NCBI GenBank assembly: GCA_963659325.1
Contig: CAVKTR010000005.1
Coordinates: forward strand, 2,817 to 66,816
Direction of reading: 5' to 3'
Source of the DNA: Dysosmobacter segnis
Lineage (GTDB): Bacteria; Bacillota; Clostridia; Lachnospirales; Lachnospiraceae
Length of the DNA: 64,000 bases
Under the pieces are notes generated by a model. The model ran no database searches. It was not told where the DNA came from and saw nothing but the letters and a program-made list of their open reading frames with translations. The position numbers and the translations under genes are program-made. Shown one piece after another: positions 39,019 to 49,606 of the stretch (the first letter of the stretch is position 1; each line of letters begins with the position of its first letter).

Positions 39019-41836
39019 TAAGATAAAAGAATGGATTGTAAAAATTGTAACATCCCGGTTGTTTGTGGTATGGGTAGTAATAGTCTGCCTGTTTGCCTTT
39101 GTATTGCAGCATCTTTTTTCCCTGCAGATCATCAAGGGTTCCGATTATCTGAATGATTACATGATGAAAATCGAGAAAACAATCGAGGTAGAGGGCACCA
39201 GAGGAAATATTTATGACAGAAATGGTGTACTTCTTGCACATAATGAACTTTCCTATACAGTTACGCTGGAAGATAACGGCACTTATGCGAACAATAAAGA
39301 ACGTGCCAAGCTTCTGAATGCGGAGATCAGTACCCTGATCGATATGATCGAGAAAAACGGAGACAGTATTGTCAATGATCTGGATCTGTATATGGATTCA
39401 AACGGAGAGCTGTCTTTTCTTGTAGATGGAACCGAATTGGCAGGCTTCCGCAGAGATATTTACGGAAGAAAGAAAGTTGCGGATCTGAAATTTAACGCAA
39501 CCCTTGGATACGATGAATCTACGGCGACACCGGAGCAGATGTATGAATATCTGCTGAACAAATTTGCGGTAGATACAGAAACCTATGACAGATACCGTGC
39601 TTATCAGATCATGGTTGTGCGTTATGCACTTTACCTTAGTTCCTATCAGAAATATATTGCCATCGGTATTGCGGAAGATGTTTCTGATGAGACCGTAGCG
39701 ATGATCCGGGAACATGCGTCTGATCTTCAGGGTGTTGAGGTACGGGAAGATACCAAACGAGTTTATGATTATCCGGAATATTTTTCCCACATTTTAGGGT
39801 ATACCGGAAAAATCTCTGATTCCGAGTACGATTCCCTGCATGAGCAGGATGAATCTTACAGCCGCAGTGATGTGGTAGGAAAAGCCGGAATTGAGCAGGT
39901 GATGGAATTACAGCTTCAGGGAAACAAAGGTTCCGAGACTGTATATGTCAATAACGTAGGTAAAGTCCTGGAACAGAAAGATTATACCGAACCGTCAGCT
40001 GGAAATGATGTATATTTATCCATTGATGCTACGTTACAAATGGCAGTTTACGATTTGCTGGAGCAGGAACTTGCAGGTATTTTAAATTCCAAGATCATCA
40101 ATGCAAAGACCAGTGACAGCTCAGAACTCTATATTCCGATTTATAAAGTATATAATGCCCTGATAGAAAACAGTGTGATCAATCTTTCACAGATGGCGCA
40201 GGCAGCGGAGGGCACCGAACAGGCGCAGGCATATCAGACATTTTCTGCCCGGAAAGAAGTTGCGTTGTCGGAGATCGCATCAGCTTTGCAGTCAGATACT
40301 GCTTATGATGATCTGTCCGATGAAATGCAGGAGATGGTTACCTATGTGGTAAAAATGCTGCAGGATCAGTCCGTATTTGTATCTTCTTCTATTGATACGT
40401 CCGATGATGTATATCAGAACTGGAAGAGTGGAAAAATTTCGGTTCAGGAGTATCTGCGTCATGCGATTGATTCTTCTTGGATTAATATTACTGGATTTAA
40501 TCTGAATGAAAAATATGCAGATACAAGTGAAGTATATACACAGCTGATCAATTATGTGACAGAACAATTAAAAAGCAGCAATGCTTTCGACAAGATCGTT
40601 TATAAATATCTGATCTATAATGATAAGATATCAGGAAGCCAGTTATGCCTGATCCTTTATGAACAGGGAGTACTTGCGCAGGATGATACGGCAGTCGCAA
40701 ATCTGAAAAACGGTTCTACCAGCGCATATACTTTCCTGAAAAGCAAGATTCAGAGTATGCAGATCACGCCGGCGCAGCTGGCCCTGGATCCGTGTACCGG
40801 TTCCTGTGTGATCATGAATCCAAATACAGGAGAACTGTTGGCCTGTGTGACATATCCAGGATATGACAGCAACCGTCTGGCCAATAATATGGATTCGGCA
40901 TACTATAATACATTGCTGCAGGACGGCTCTCTGCCGTTGTATAACAATGCAACCCAGCAGACGACGGCACCTGGTTCTACCTTCAAGATGGTAACTGCTT
41001 CTGCCGGACTGACAGAAGGTGCGATTTCGACCGGAACAGTTATTACAGATACGGGTGTATTTGACCGTCTCGGATTAAACCTGAAGTGCTGGGTATATCC
41101 ACGTAACCATGGAAGCATTACGGTATCTCAGGCAATCCGTGATTCATGTAACTATTTCTTTGCTGAGACTGCATATCGCTTAAGTCTGAGCGGAGATACG
41201 TACAAAGAAGAAAAAGGTCTGAGTGCCATTGCAAAATATGCAACCGAATTTGGACTTGCAGACAAGACAAATATTGAAATTCCGGAGGGAACACCGAAAA
41301 TTGCGGATGAATTCCCGATTGATGCATCTATTGGACAGAGTAATCATAACTATACAACTGCACAGCTGGCACGTTATGTTGCTTCCATTGCAAATAACGG
41401 AACGGTGTATGACCTGACATTACTCAATAAAGTAACAGATTCGGATGGAAATACACTGGAATCTTATACGCCGCAGGTTCATAATCAAATCACAGATCTG
41501 TCATCATCTACCTGGCAGGTTCTGCACAGTGGTATGGAAATGGCCATCGGTGAACACGATCAGTTCAAAGATCTGCAGGTGTCACTGGCTGGTAAGACCG
41601 GTACTGCGCAGGAGAACGAAAATCGTCCAAACCATGCGTTATTTGTCGGATATGCTCCGGCGGACAATCCACAGATTGCCATTGCCACACGTATCGCCTA
41701 TGGTTACGGATCCAGCAATGCCTGCGTATTTGTAGATCAGGTTATGAAGTATTACTTCAAACAGAACACAGAAGAAGAGTTATTAAACGGTCAGGCGATT
41801 AACGTTGGAACATCATCCAATAGCTTTACCGATTAA
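39011..41836 (+). CDS. mrdA: Class B penicillin-binding protein (PBP2/MrdA) with large insertions
   Basis: RGNIYDRNG, GKAGIE, PGSTFK (SxxK), SCN, KTGTAQ; TTG start chosen after AAGGAG. Confidence 0.9.
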   Translation: MVDKIKEWIVKIVTSRLFVVWVVIVCLFAFVLQHLFSLQIIKGSDYLNDYMMKIEKTIEVEGTRGNIYDRNGVLLAHNELSYTVTLEDNGTYANNKERAKLLNAEISTLIDMIEKNGDSIVNDLDLYMDSNGELSFLVDGTELAGFRRDIYGRKKVADLKFNATLGYDESTATPEQMYEYLLNKFAVDTETYDRYRAYQIMVVRYALYLSSYQKYIAIGIAEDVSDETVAMIREHASDLQGVEVREDTKRVYDYPEYFSHILGYTGKISDSEYDSLHEQDESYSRSDVVGKAGIEQVMELQLQGNKGSETVYVNNVGKVLEQKDYTEPSAGNDVYLSIDATLQMAVYDLLEQELAGILNSKIINAKTSDSSELYIPIYKVYNALIENSVINLSQMAQAAEGTEQAQAYQTFSARKEVALSEIASALQSDTAYDDLSDEMQEMVTYVVKMLQDQSVFVSSSIDTSDDVYQNWKSGKISVQEYLRHAIDSSWINITGFNLNEKYADTSEVYTQLINYVTEQLKSSNAFDKIVYKYLIYNDKISGSQLCLILYEQGVLAQDDTAVANLKNGSTSAYTFLKSKIQSMQITPAQLALDPCTGSCVIMNPNTGELLACVTYPGYDSNRLANNMDSAYYNTLLQDGSLPLYNNATQQTTAPGSTFKMVTASAGLTEGAISTGTVITDTGVFDRLGLNLKCWVYPRNHGSITVSQAIRDSCNYFFAETAYRLSLSGDTYKEEKGLSAIAKYATEFGLADKTNIEIPEGTPKIADEFPIDASIGQSNHNYTTAQLARYVASIANNGTVYDLTLLNKVTDSDGNTLESYTPQVHNQITDLSSSTWQVLHSGMEMAIGEHDQFKDLQVSLAGKTGTAQENENRPNHALFVGYAPADNPQIAIATRIAYGYGSSNACVFVDQVMKYYFKQNTEEELLNGQAINVGTSSNSFTD

Positions 41837-41924
41837 AAAAAACGGTGATAAAACCATTGAAAAGATAACGAAACAGTCACATTACAAAAGATAACAACTG
41901 AAAGAAAAAGGAGGAATCTTTTGT

Positions 41925-42728
41925 ATGTGTGAAATTATTGTTGTGACATCTGGAAAAGGTGGGGTGGGAAAAACCACAACGACGGCAAATCTCGGGGCCG
42001 GACTTGCAATGCTTCGCAAAAAAGTTCTGATGATCGATACTGATATTGGATTGCGGAATCTGGATGTAGTCATGGGACTGGAACACCGGATCTTGTATAA
42101 TCTGGTGGATATTATTGAAGGAAACTGTCGGATCCGGCAGGCTGTGATCCGTGACCGGCAGTTTCCGGGACTTTATCTGATCCCGGCGGCGCAGACCAGG
42201 GATAAAAGTGCCGTGACACCGGAACAGATGGTGAAGCTTCTACAGGAACTGCGGGAAGATTTTGATTACATCCTGCTGGACTGCCCGGCGGGAATCGAAC
42301 AGGGATTCCAGACCGCCATCGCAGGGGTGGACCGGGCTCTTGTAGTGACTACACCGGAGATATCTGCGGTACGAGATGCAGACCGTGTCATTGGACTGCT
42401 GTTTTCCGCAGGTATTCCAGATGTGAAACTGATCATTAACCGGATCCGTCCGGAAATGATCTCCCTGGGGCAGATGCTTGGGCTGAAAGACATTTCAGAT
42501 ATTCTGTGTGTCGATATAATTGGTGCAGTCTGCGATGATGAACAGGTGGTGATTTCTACCAATAACGGCTGTCCGCTGACCGGAACACAGACACTGGCCG
42601 GTCAGGCCTATAGCAGAATCTGCAGACGCGTGCTGGGAGAAGAGCTCCCATTGCCACAATTTGACACAAAGCGCAGACGTCAGAAGAAGCAGCGCAGAGG
42701 CTGGAGAGAGAAATACATAACAGGATAA
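41925..42728 (+). CDS. minD: Septum site-determining ATPase MinD
   Basis: TSGKGGVGKTT, DIGLRNLD, DCPAGIEQGF, VRDADR. Confidence 0.93.
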   Translation: MCEIIVVTSGKGGVGKTTTTANLGAGLAMLRKKVLMIDTDIGLRNLDVVMGLEHRILYNLVDIIEGNCRIRQAVIRDRQFPGLYLIPAAQTRDKSAVTPEQMVKLLQELREDFDYILLDCPAGIEQGFQTAIAGVDRALVVTTPEISAVRDADRVIGLLFSAGIPDVKLIINRIRPEMISLGQMLGLKDISDILCVDIIGAVCDDEQVVISTNNGCPLTGTQTLAGQAYSRICRRVLGEELPLPQFDTKRRRQKKQRRGWREKYITG

Positions 42729-42746
42729 ATAAATCGGAGGATTTCT

Positions 42747-43877
42747 ATGTTTAAGCAATACAAAATAAAAAACTACAGATTTCGGCTGGTAGTATATGTC
42801 ATACTGCTGTGCATTATCGGTGTTATGGTAGTCGGAAGTGCGAAGCCGTCTGTTCAGAACAAACAGATTATAGGAGTAGTCGGAGGAGTGATCGTCATGG
42901 TCATTACTTCACTGATCGATTATGGTACGATACTGAAATTTCGGAGACCGATCTATCTGTTGTCTATTGTGTTGCTTGGCGTGATATTTATTCCGGGAGT
43001 CGGAGACAAAACCGGTGGTGCAACTCGTTGGATCCAGGTAACTTCAAGTTTTAAATTTCAGCCGTCAGAGTTATGTAAAATCCTGCTGATCATATTTTTT
43101 GCAGGATTTTTCATGAAATATCAGGATCAGCTGAATACTTGGAAGATTCTTGCATTGAGTCTGATCTTAATCGGTATCCCCCTTTTGCTGATTGCCGAAG
43201 AACCCGACCTTTCCACAACTATCGCAACAACAATGATTTTCATTACCCTCTTGTTTGTTGCGGGATTAAGTTATAAAATAGTAGCAGGTGTACTGGCACT
43301 TGGTGTTCCGGTGAGTATCATAGGTGTGATACTGATCCTGAAGCAGGCACTTCCGTTAAAAGACTATCAGTACAGTCGTATTTTGTCATGGCTGCAGCCT
43401 TCAAAATATGCGGATGATGCATACCAGCAGCAAAACTCCATTATGGCCATCGGTTCCGGTCAGTTATGGGGAAAAGGATTGAACAACAGTTCCATTGCAT
43501 CTATGAAAAACGGTAACTTTATCTCTGAACCGCAGACGGATTTTATTTTTGCGGTAGTCGGGGAAGAACTTGGATTTATCGGTTGCCTGATTGTAATTAT
43601 ATTATTGCTTTTGATCGTTTTTGAGTGTATACTAATTGCGAAAAATGCAAAAGATCTTGGTGGAAGGCTGCTCTGTTGCGGCATGGCTGCTCTGATCGGA
43701 TTTCAGAGTTTCATCAATATCTGCGTTACAACCGGCCTGATGCCGAATACCGGCCTGCCGTTACCGTTTGTCAGCTATGGTCTGACATCGCTGTTAAGTT
43801 TGTTTGTAGGTCTGGGACTGGTGTTAAACGTTGGTCTGCAGGCTCGAAAATATCACGGATTGGGGGACATAGAATAA
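42747..43877 (+). CDS. rodA: SEDS peptidoglycan polymerase RodA
   Basis: [34 protein letters not shown]. Confidence 0.92.
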   Translation: MFKQYKIKNYRFRLVVYVILLCIIGVMVVGSAKPSVQNKQIIGVVGGVIVMVITSLIDYGTILKFRRPIYLLSIVLLGVIFIPGVGDKTGGATRWIQVTSSFKFQPSELCKILLIIFFAGFFMKYQDQLNTWKILALSLILIGIPLLLIAEEPDLSTTIATTMIFITLLFVAGLSYKIVAGVLALGVPVSIIGVILILKQALPLKDYQYSRILSWLQPSKYADDAYQQQNSIMAIGSGQLWGKGLNNSSIASMKNGNFISEPQTDFIFAVVGEELGFIGCLIVIILLLLIVFECILIAKNAKDLGGRLLCCGMAALIGFQSFINICVTTGLMPNTGLPLPFVSYGLTSLLSLFVGLGLVLNVGLQARKYHGLGDIE

Positions 43878-44272
43878 TGAACATAGGACTTATCGCGCAT
43901 GACTCAAAGAAAAAGTTAATGCAAAATTTCTGTATTGCGTATCGCGGAATTTTAGGAAGAAATTCTCTGTATGCGACAGGAACCACAGGAAGACTGGTGG
44001 AAGAGGCGACCAATCTGTCTGTACACAAATATCTGACCGGTCAGCTGGGCGGTTCTCAGCAGCTTGGTGCAGATATCGAAAATAATTATATTGATCTGGT
44101 AATCTTTCTGCGTGATCCGCTGACAGTAAGATCACATGAACCGGATGTGGACAATATTGTTCGTTTATGCGATATTCACAATATTCCGCTGGCTACAAAT
44201 CTGGCCACAGCAGAATTATTGATACATTCTTTAGACAGAGGAGATCTTGACTGGCGTGAAATGTACAAATAA
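43877..44272 (+). CDS. mgsA: Methylglyoxal synthase
   Basis: [32 protein letters not shown] overlap with rodA. Confidence 0.93.
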   Translation: MNIGLIAHDSKKKLMQNFCIAYRGILGRNSLYATGTTGRLVEEATNLSVHKYLTGQLGGSQQLGADIENNYIDLVIFLRDPLTVRSHEPDVDNIVRLCDIHNIPLATNLATAELLIHSLDRGDLDWREMYK

Positions 44273-45245
44273 ATATAAGATTTTGATCCCGGTAGTAATG
44301 TCTTTGTTACTGCTGGGGGGATGTGAAGAAAGAACCGATGTGGCAGACGCATACGATGTTTATGCCACATCGGATAGTTATGCCCTGACGCAGAGTGATT
44401 CGCAGGAACTGCCAGGGTTACTTGCCACAGATTTATGTGTCGGCGGTACCGAAAATTCCACACCTGTGGACGGAGTTGATGCTGCTGTGGCACAGACAGC
44501 AGCCGTATTTTCTGTGGATGATCAGGAAATTACATATGCGCAGAATATTTATCAGAAAATGTACCCTGCAAGTACGACAAAGATTCTGACCGCATACATT
44601 GCTTTAAAATATGGAAAACTGGATGATGTGCTGACGGTTTCGGATGAAGCTATCAGTTCGCTGATGATGGGATCTTCTATCTGCGGTTTAAAACCGGGAG
44701 ATCAGCTGACACTGGATCAGGCCTTATATGGACTGATGCTCTGCAGTGGAAATGATGCAGCAAATGTAATTGCGGAATATATTTCCGGTTCCACAGACAA
44801 GTTTGCAGAGTTGATGAACCAGGAAGCACAGGCACTTGGTGCGACACAGTCCCATTTTGTGAATCCACATGGGCTGCCGGATGACAACCATTATACAACT
44901 GCATATGATCTTTATCTGATCTTCAATGCAGCGGTACAGAATGACGATTTTGTGAAATATATTTCCACAAAGAAATACAGTACTTCTTATACAGATGCAA
45001 ATGGAGATGCAGTTGATCAGGTATGGTTTAATACCAATGGATATCTGAAAGGCAGCTATAAAGCTCCGGAGAACGTAACGGTAGTTGGCGGCAAGACCGG
45101 AACTACGGATGAAGCAGGAAACTGTCTGGTACTGTACAGTAAAAACAGCAGCGGAAAACCGTATATTTCCATTATTTTGAAAGGAAATACAAAAAGAGAA
45201 CTATATTCGCTTATGACGGAACTGCTCACAAATTATTCAAACTAA
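44256..45245 (+). CDS. D-alanyl-D-alanine carboxypeptidase (peptidase S11), lipoprotein
   Basis: LLLGGC lipobox; PASTTK, SGND, NPHGL, GKTG. Confidence 0.9.
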   Translation: MKCTNKYKILIPVVMSLLLLGGCEERTDVADAYDVYATSDSYALTQSDSQELPGLLATDLCVGGTENSTPVDGVDAAVAQTAAVFSVDDQEITYAQNIYQKMYPASTTKILTAYIALKYGKLDDVLTVSDEAISSLMMGSSICGLKPGDQLTLDQALYGLMLCSGNDAANVIAEYISGSTDKFAELMNQEAQALGATQSHFVNPHGLPDDNHYTTAYDLYLIFNAAVQNDDFVKYISTKKYSTSYTDANGDAVDQVWFNTNGYLKGSYKAPENVTVVGGKTGTTDEAGNCLVLYSKNSSGKPYISIILKGNTKRELYSLMTELLTNYSN

Positions 45246-45393
45246 AGTCACCCTTTTTTTAGAATTAACGGTTGTATTTTAATGGTGGATATACTATAAT
45301 GAATTCATAAACAGCCAGATCTTTTTACAAGCTGTATCACATGTTTTCATGGGGATTGTAAAAAGAAAGAGGCAGAGGTAGGAGGATAAAATT

Positions 45394-45813
45394 ATGGTTG
45401 AAATTATTGCCGGCAAAAAGGGAAAGGGAAAAACAAAATATTTATTGGATAAGGTAAATGCTTCTGTAGAAGCTGCTTCCGGTAATATTGTATATCTGGA
45501 TAAAAGTCAGAAACATATGCACGAATTATCAAACAAAGTTCGTTTGATCAACGTAGCAGATTATCCGATCAGCAACTGTGATGAGTTCCTTGGATTCATT
45601 TGTGGTATCGTTTCTCAGGATTATGATCTTCAGGAAATGTATCTTGACAGCTTCCTTACAATTGCAAACCTTGCAGATGATCAGATCGTGCATGCAATCG
45701 AGAAACTTGATGTTATCAGCGAGAAATTCAATGTTAAATTCGTTTTAAGTGTTTCAAAGGATGAGGCAGATTTGCCTGAGTGTGCAAAAGCAAGACTGAT
45801 TGTTTCTTTATAG
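45394..45813 (+). CDS. Small P-loop protein of unknown function (family often labelled PilT-like)
   Basis: IIAGKKGKGKT Walker A; EFLGFICGI...YLDSF; own promoter TTGTAT-17 nt-TATAAT and AGGAGG SD. Confidence 0.75.
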   Translation: MVEIIAGKKGKGKTKYLLDKVNASVEAASGNIVYLDKSQKHMHELSNKVRLINVADYPISNCDEFLGFICGIVSQDYDLQEMYLDSFLTIANLADDQIVHAIEKLDVISEKFNVKFVLSVSKDEADLPECAKARLIVSL

Positions 45814-45822
45814 AATCGATTT

Positions 45823-45863
45823 TTCAGGTGTCTTAAGGGGGAAAATCCTTAAGACACCTTTTT
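45823..45863. terminator. Terminator between convergent genes
   Basis: AGGTGTCTTAAGG / CCTTAAGACACCT followed by TTTT. Confidence 0.8.
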
Positions 45864-45884
45864 ATTTGTATGGAATGAGTTCAA

Positions 45885-46097
45885 TCAGGCATCTTTCATG
45901 GAACGGATCCGTCCGAATGCACTGATGAGATAGATACCGCTGATTCCGACCAGAGCATAGATGACACGGGAAAGCCAGCTCATATTTCCAAAGAGAAAGG
46001 CGATCAGGTCAAATCGAAAGAAGCCGATCAGTCCCCAGTTCACTGCTCCGACGATGATAACGGCAAGTAAAATATTGTCTAAAATTTTTGTATTCAT
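45885..46097 (-). CDS. DUF378 (YuzA-like) small membrane protein
   Basis: IIVGAVNWGLIGFFRFDLIAFLFG...SRVIYALVG; AAGGAGG SD. Confidence 0.9.
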   Translation of the reverse strand: MNTKILDNILLAVIIVGAVNWGLIGFFRFDLIAFLFGNMSWLSRVIYALVGISGIYLISAFGRIRSMKDA

Positions 46098-46120
46098 CGT
46101 TTTTCCTCCTTCTAACAGGG

Positions 46121-46149
46121 AGTATTTCCCACTATACGGGAGTTTATAC
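46121..46149 (-). promoter_or_regulatory. Sigma-F/G forespore promoter of the DUF378 gene
   Basis: Minus strand reads GTATA-15 nt-GGAAATACT, matching the SigF consensus GYATA-15-GGnnAnAHT. Confidence 0.7.
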
Positions 46150-46182
46150 ATAAAATATATAAAAATGGAAAGGACGACCGAA

Positions 46183-47595
46183 ATGAAGAAAAAAAAGCGT
46201 ACCATTGTTCCGTATCGCAGACGCTTTCATCTGAATATCGGCATTATCATATTTGCCTTTGTGTTCGTTTATTTTGTGATCTATCTGATCTCTTATCTGA
46301 CACAAAATAATATCTCTGTCTATGAAGTTCAGTATGGACAGATTGCAAAAAATAAATCTTATACCGGACTGATCATCCGCCCGGAAGAAGTATTTTATGC
46401 GGACAGTACAGGGGCTGTCAATTATTACAAAAAAGAAGGCGACAAAGCAGGATATAATGATCTGGTCTGCTCTGTGGACAAGGCCGGTGATATTTCAAAA
46501 GAAATTTCACAGGCAGGGCTGGATACCGCAAATCTTTCCGAAGATGAGCTGTTAAATATCCAGAACAATATCACAAGTTATATATCCTCATATTCCAATA
46601 CGCAGTTTTACAATATATATTCATTCAAAGACGGTGTGAATGCAAAGATTCAGGAGAATTTATATATCAATGCCTTGAACAGTCTGTCTGATCAGACAAC
46701 CTCGGCCGTTTCACAAAATACATTTTCATTTGTGCGGACGTCTGTAGATGGCATTCTGGCATTGTATACGGATGGCTATGAAGGTGTCACGACAGATTCC
46801 TTTACGGCAGATATGTATAATCCGGCTTCCTACAGCAAGACAAATCTGAAAGGAAATGCACAGGTAAAATCCGGACAGGCTCTGTACAAGATTGCCACCA
46901 GTGAAAACTGGTCCATTATTGTTCCTGTCAGCAAAACCGAGGCAAAGGAGTATAAGCAGCAGATCAGTGAGGGATCTGATTCTTTTGTGCTTCATGTGAA
47001 ATTCCGTAAGGATCATACAGAAACAAACGCGACAACTTATGTGCGAAAAATCGACGGCCAATATTTTCTGCAGCTGGATCTGAATAATTCCATGGTACGT
47101 TTTGTATCCGATCGTTATATCGAGGTGGAACTTGGATCTGATGAAAATCAGGGCCTTAAGATACCAAATACAGCCATAACAAAGAAAGAATTCCTTGTTA
47201 TTCCGAAGAAATATATCGGAAAAGGAGACAATTCGTCGAGTAACGGTGTGATCAAGATCACGAAAGACAAGCACGGAAAAGAAAATGCAGAATTTGTGGC
47301 AACGGATCTGTATTATGAGACCGATGATGCTTATTATGTATCCGAAAACTCCCTGGCAGTTGGAGATACGATCCAGATGCCGGACAGCAGCGAGCAATAC
47401 AGTATCAAAGATACTGCGACGAAGGAAGGCGTATACAATATGGACAAGGGCTATGCCATCTTCCGGCTTATTGATGTTCTGGCTGAAAATGAGGAATATA
47501 CCGTTGTGAAAACCGGAACAAAATACGGACTTTCTTTGTATGACCATATTGCTTTAAATGGAAATGAAGTAAGCGAAGGCGAATTTATGAATTAA
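46183..47595 (+). CDS. HlyD-like/membrane-fusion-type protein upstream of yggS
   Basis: N-terminal TM helix, GLIIRPE, DGYE, GLKIP, GLSLYDHI; clostridial synteny with yggS-sepF. Confidence 0.75.
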   Translation: MKKKKRTIVPYRRRFHLNIGIIIFAFVFVYFVIYLISYLTQNNISVYEVQYGQIAKNKSYTGLIIRPEEVFYADSTGAVNYYKKEGDKAGYNDLVCSVDKAGDISKEISQAGLDTANLSEDELLNIQNNITSYISSYSNTQFYNIYSFKDGVNAKIQENLYINALNSLSDQTTSAVSQNTFSFVRTSVDGILALYTDGYEGVTTDSFTADMYNPASYSKTNLKGNAQVKSGQALYKIATSENWSIIVPVSKTEAKEYKQQISEGSDSFVLHVKFRKDHTETNATTYVRKIDGQYFLQLDLNNSMVRFVSDRYIEVELGSDENQGLKIPNTAITKKEFLVIPKKYIGKGDNSSSNGVIKITKDKHGKENAEFVATDLYYETDDAYYVSENSLAVGDTIQMPDSSEQYSIKDTATKEGVYNMDKGYAIFRLIDVLAENEEYTVVKTGTKYGLSLYDHIALNGNEVSEGEFMN

Positions 47596-47619
47596 AAAAA
47601 GCAAACAGGAGGAATGAAA

Positions 47620-48312
47620 ATGCTGAAAGAAAATTTACAGAAAGTAGAAGAAAATATAGAAGCAGCGTGCAAACGTGCTGGCAGAGACCGCTCCGAAGTG
47701 ACACTGATTGCCGTAAGCAAGACCAAACCGGTGGATATGCTTCAAGAAGTGTATGATACCGGAATCCGTGAGTTTGGTGAAAACAAAGTGCAGGAAATGA
47801 TGGATAAATACGAAGTTCTGCCAAAAGACATTCAGTGGCACATGATCGGACATCTTCAGAGAAATAAAGTAAAATACCTGATGGGAAAGGCAGCTCTGAT
47901 CCATTCCGTTGATTCTCTGAGACTGGCGGAAGAAATCAGTGCACAGTCGGTCAAGCATGACGTAATTACAGATATTTTGATTGAAGTAAATATTGCCGGA
48001 GAAGAATCCAAATTCGGTACTTCAAAGGAAGAGGCCATGGCCCTGGTAGAGGCTGCTGCAAAGTTACCGAATATTCATATCTGCGGTCTGATGACGATTG
48101 CACCATATGTGGATAATCCTGAGGATAATCGTAAATATTTTAGGGGAATCCGCGAATTATCTGTTGACATCAAAGAGAAAAACATTGATAATGTAGACAT
48201 GCGTATTTTGTCCATGGGAATGTCCGGAGACTATGAAGTAGCGATTGAAGAAGGTGCTACCATGGTTCGTGTTGGAACCGGCATTTTCGGTGCACGAAAT
48301 TATAATATTTAA
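47620..48312 (+). CDS. yggS: PLP homeostasis protein YggS/YlmE
   Basis: LIAVSKTKP, FGENKVQE, WHMIGHLQRNK, LSMGMS, VRVGTGIFG. Confidence 0.96.
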   Translation: MLKENLQKVEENIEAACKRAGRDRSEVTLIAVSKTKPVDMLQEVYDTGIREFGENKVQEMMDKYEVLPKDIQWHMIGHLQRNKVKYLMGKAALIHSVDSLRLAEEISAQSVKHDVITDILIEVNIAGEESKFGTSKEEAMALVEAAAKLPNIHICGLMTIAPYVDNPEDNRKYFRGIRELSVDIKEKNIDNVDMRILSMGMSGDYEVAIEEGATMVRVGTGIFGARNYNI

Positions 48313-48352
48313 TTAAATTAGATTACAAATTGAGAATGGAGATTTTATCAGA

Positions 48353-48901
48353 ATGGGTATGATGGATAAATTTTTGAATATGATGCGTCTGAATGCGGAT
48401 GAGGAAGATGATTTCTACGATGATGATTATTATGATGAGGAAGATGATGATTATTACGAGGAACCAAAGAAAAAATCTTTCCGCCGCGAGAAAGAGCAGG
48501 AACATGAACCAGCAGTTCGTTTTACCTCTGTAAAAGAGAACAAAACATCTGCAAAATCTAATTCCAAAGTGACACCGATGCGTCCGGTGAAAAAAAATCA
48601 GGGAGGAAATGCTGCCATGGAAGTATGTGTGATCAAACCTACATCCGTAGAAGATGCCCGTGAAATTACAGAGACATTATTAAACAATCGAACCGTTGTA
48701 TTAAATCTGGAAGGACTGGATCTTGAAATCGGTCAGAGAATCATTGACTTTACATCCGGCTCCTGTTTTGCTATTGATGGTAACTTACAGAAGATTTCCA
48801 ATTACATCTTTATCGTAACTCCGGCTTCTGTAGATATTTCCGGTGATTTCCAGAGCATTATGAATGCATTTGATGTAGCATCTTTACAGAACGATATTTA
48901 A
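48353..48901 (+). CDS. sepF: Cell division protein SepF
   Basis: N-terminal amphipathic helix, acidic linker, VVLNLEG...RIIDFTSG...IFIVTP. Confidence 0.93.
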   Translation: MGMMDKFLNMMRLNADEEDDFYDDDYYDEEDDDYYEEPKKKSFRREKEQEHEPAVRFTSVKENKTSAKSNSKVTPMRPVKKNQGGNAAMEVCVIKPTSVEDAREITETLLNNRTVVLNLEGLDLEIGQRIIDFTSGSCFAIDGNLQKISNYIFIVTPASVDISGDFQSIMNAFDVASLQNDI

Positions 48902-48981
48902 AAGTGCGAAGCTGGAACGAAGAATAGATCAGCTTTGCTGAAATTCGATTCATAACAGAGCATATGTGTGAATCAAAAAAC

Positions 48982-49017
48982 AGAGAACCAGTTTCTGAAA
49001 AGGGACTGGTTCTTCTT
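48982..49017 (+). terminator. Probable terminator after sepF
   Basis: GAGAACCAGTTTC / GGGACTGGTTCTT followed by CTT. Confidence 0.5.
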
Positions 49018-49072
49018 AGGTAAAGGCATTCAAATAGTTTACAAAGATGCCTGCCACAGGAAGGAAAAAGTT

Positions 49073-49600
49073 ATGACTGACAAAAAATTATGTATGGGAA
49101 GAGGAAAAAGTGTGATCCTTGGTATTATCTGTTTCGCAATCCTGGTGTTTGTGGATCAGATAACCAAGTGGCTGGCAGTACTTCGTCTGAAAGACCAGCC
49201 ATCCTTTGTATTGATCAAAAATGTATTTGAACTTTATTATCTGGAAAACCGCGGTGCGGCTTTTGGCATTTTTCAGGGAAAACGTGTGGTATTTCTGATC
49301 ATCACGGTTGTTATTTTGCTGTTTCTGGCATATTGTTTCTGGAAAATTCCATATACTGCTAAGTTTACCTCACTGCGTGTAGTACTGGTACTGATCGCGG
49401 CCGGAGCAGTTGGAAACTTTATTGACCGTATGGCAAATGGATATGTAGTTGATTTCTTTTATTTTAAGCTGATCAATTTTCCGGTATTTAATGTAGCAGA
49501 TATTTATGTCACCTGTTCTGCGGTATTTCTGGCAATTTTGCTGATCTTCCGCTACAAAGAAGAGGATTTGAACCAGCTGGTAAAGAGTTTGAAAGGATAA
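49073..49600 (+). CDS. lspA: Lipoprotein signal peptidase II
   Basis: DQITK, NRGAAFG, GAVGNFIDR, VVDF, FNVAD. Confidence 0.95.
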   Translation: MTDKKLCMGRGKSVILGIICFAILVFVDQITKWLAVLRLKDQPSFVLIKNVFELYYLENRGAAFGIFQGKRVVFLIITVVILLFLAYCFWKIPYTAKFTSLRVVLVLIAAGAVGNFIDRMANGYVVDFFYFKLINFPVFNVADIYVTCSAVFLAILLIFRYKEEDLNQLVKSLKG

Positions 49601-49606
49601 CGTTGT

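Noticed and set aside
45961..46205. Apparent overlap of the DUF378 and HlyD-like ORFs
   Set aside because: Artefact of longest-ORF starts; SD-supported starts are 46097 (-) and 46183 (+).
48395..48462. GAT/TAT-rich tandem-like repeat in sepF
   Set aside because: Codes the acidic D/E/Y linker; not an array.
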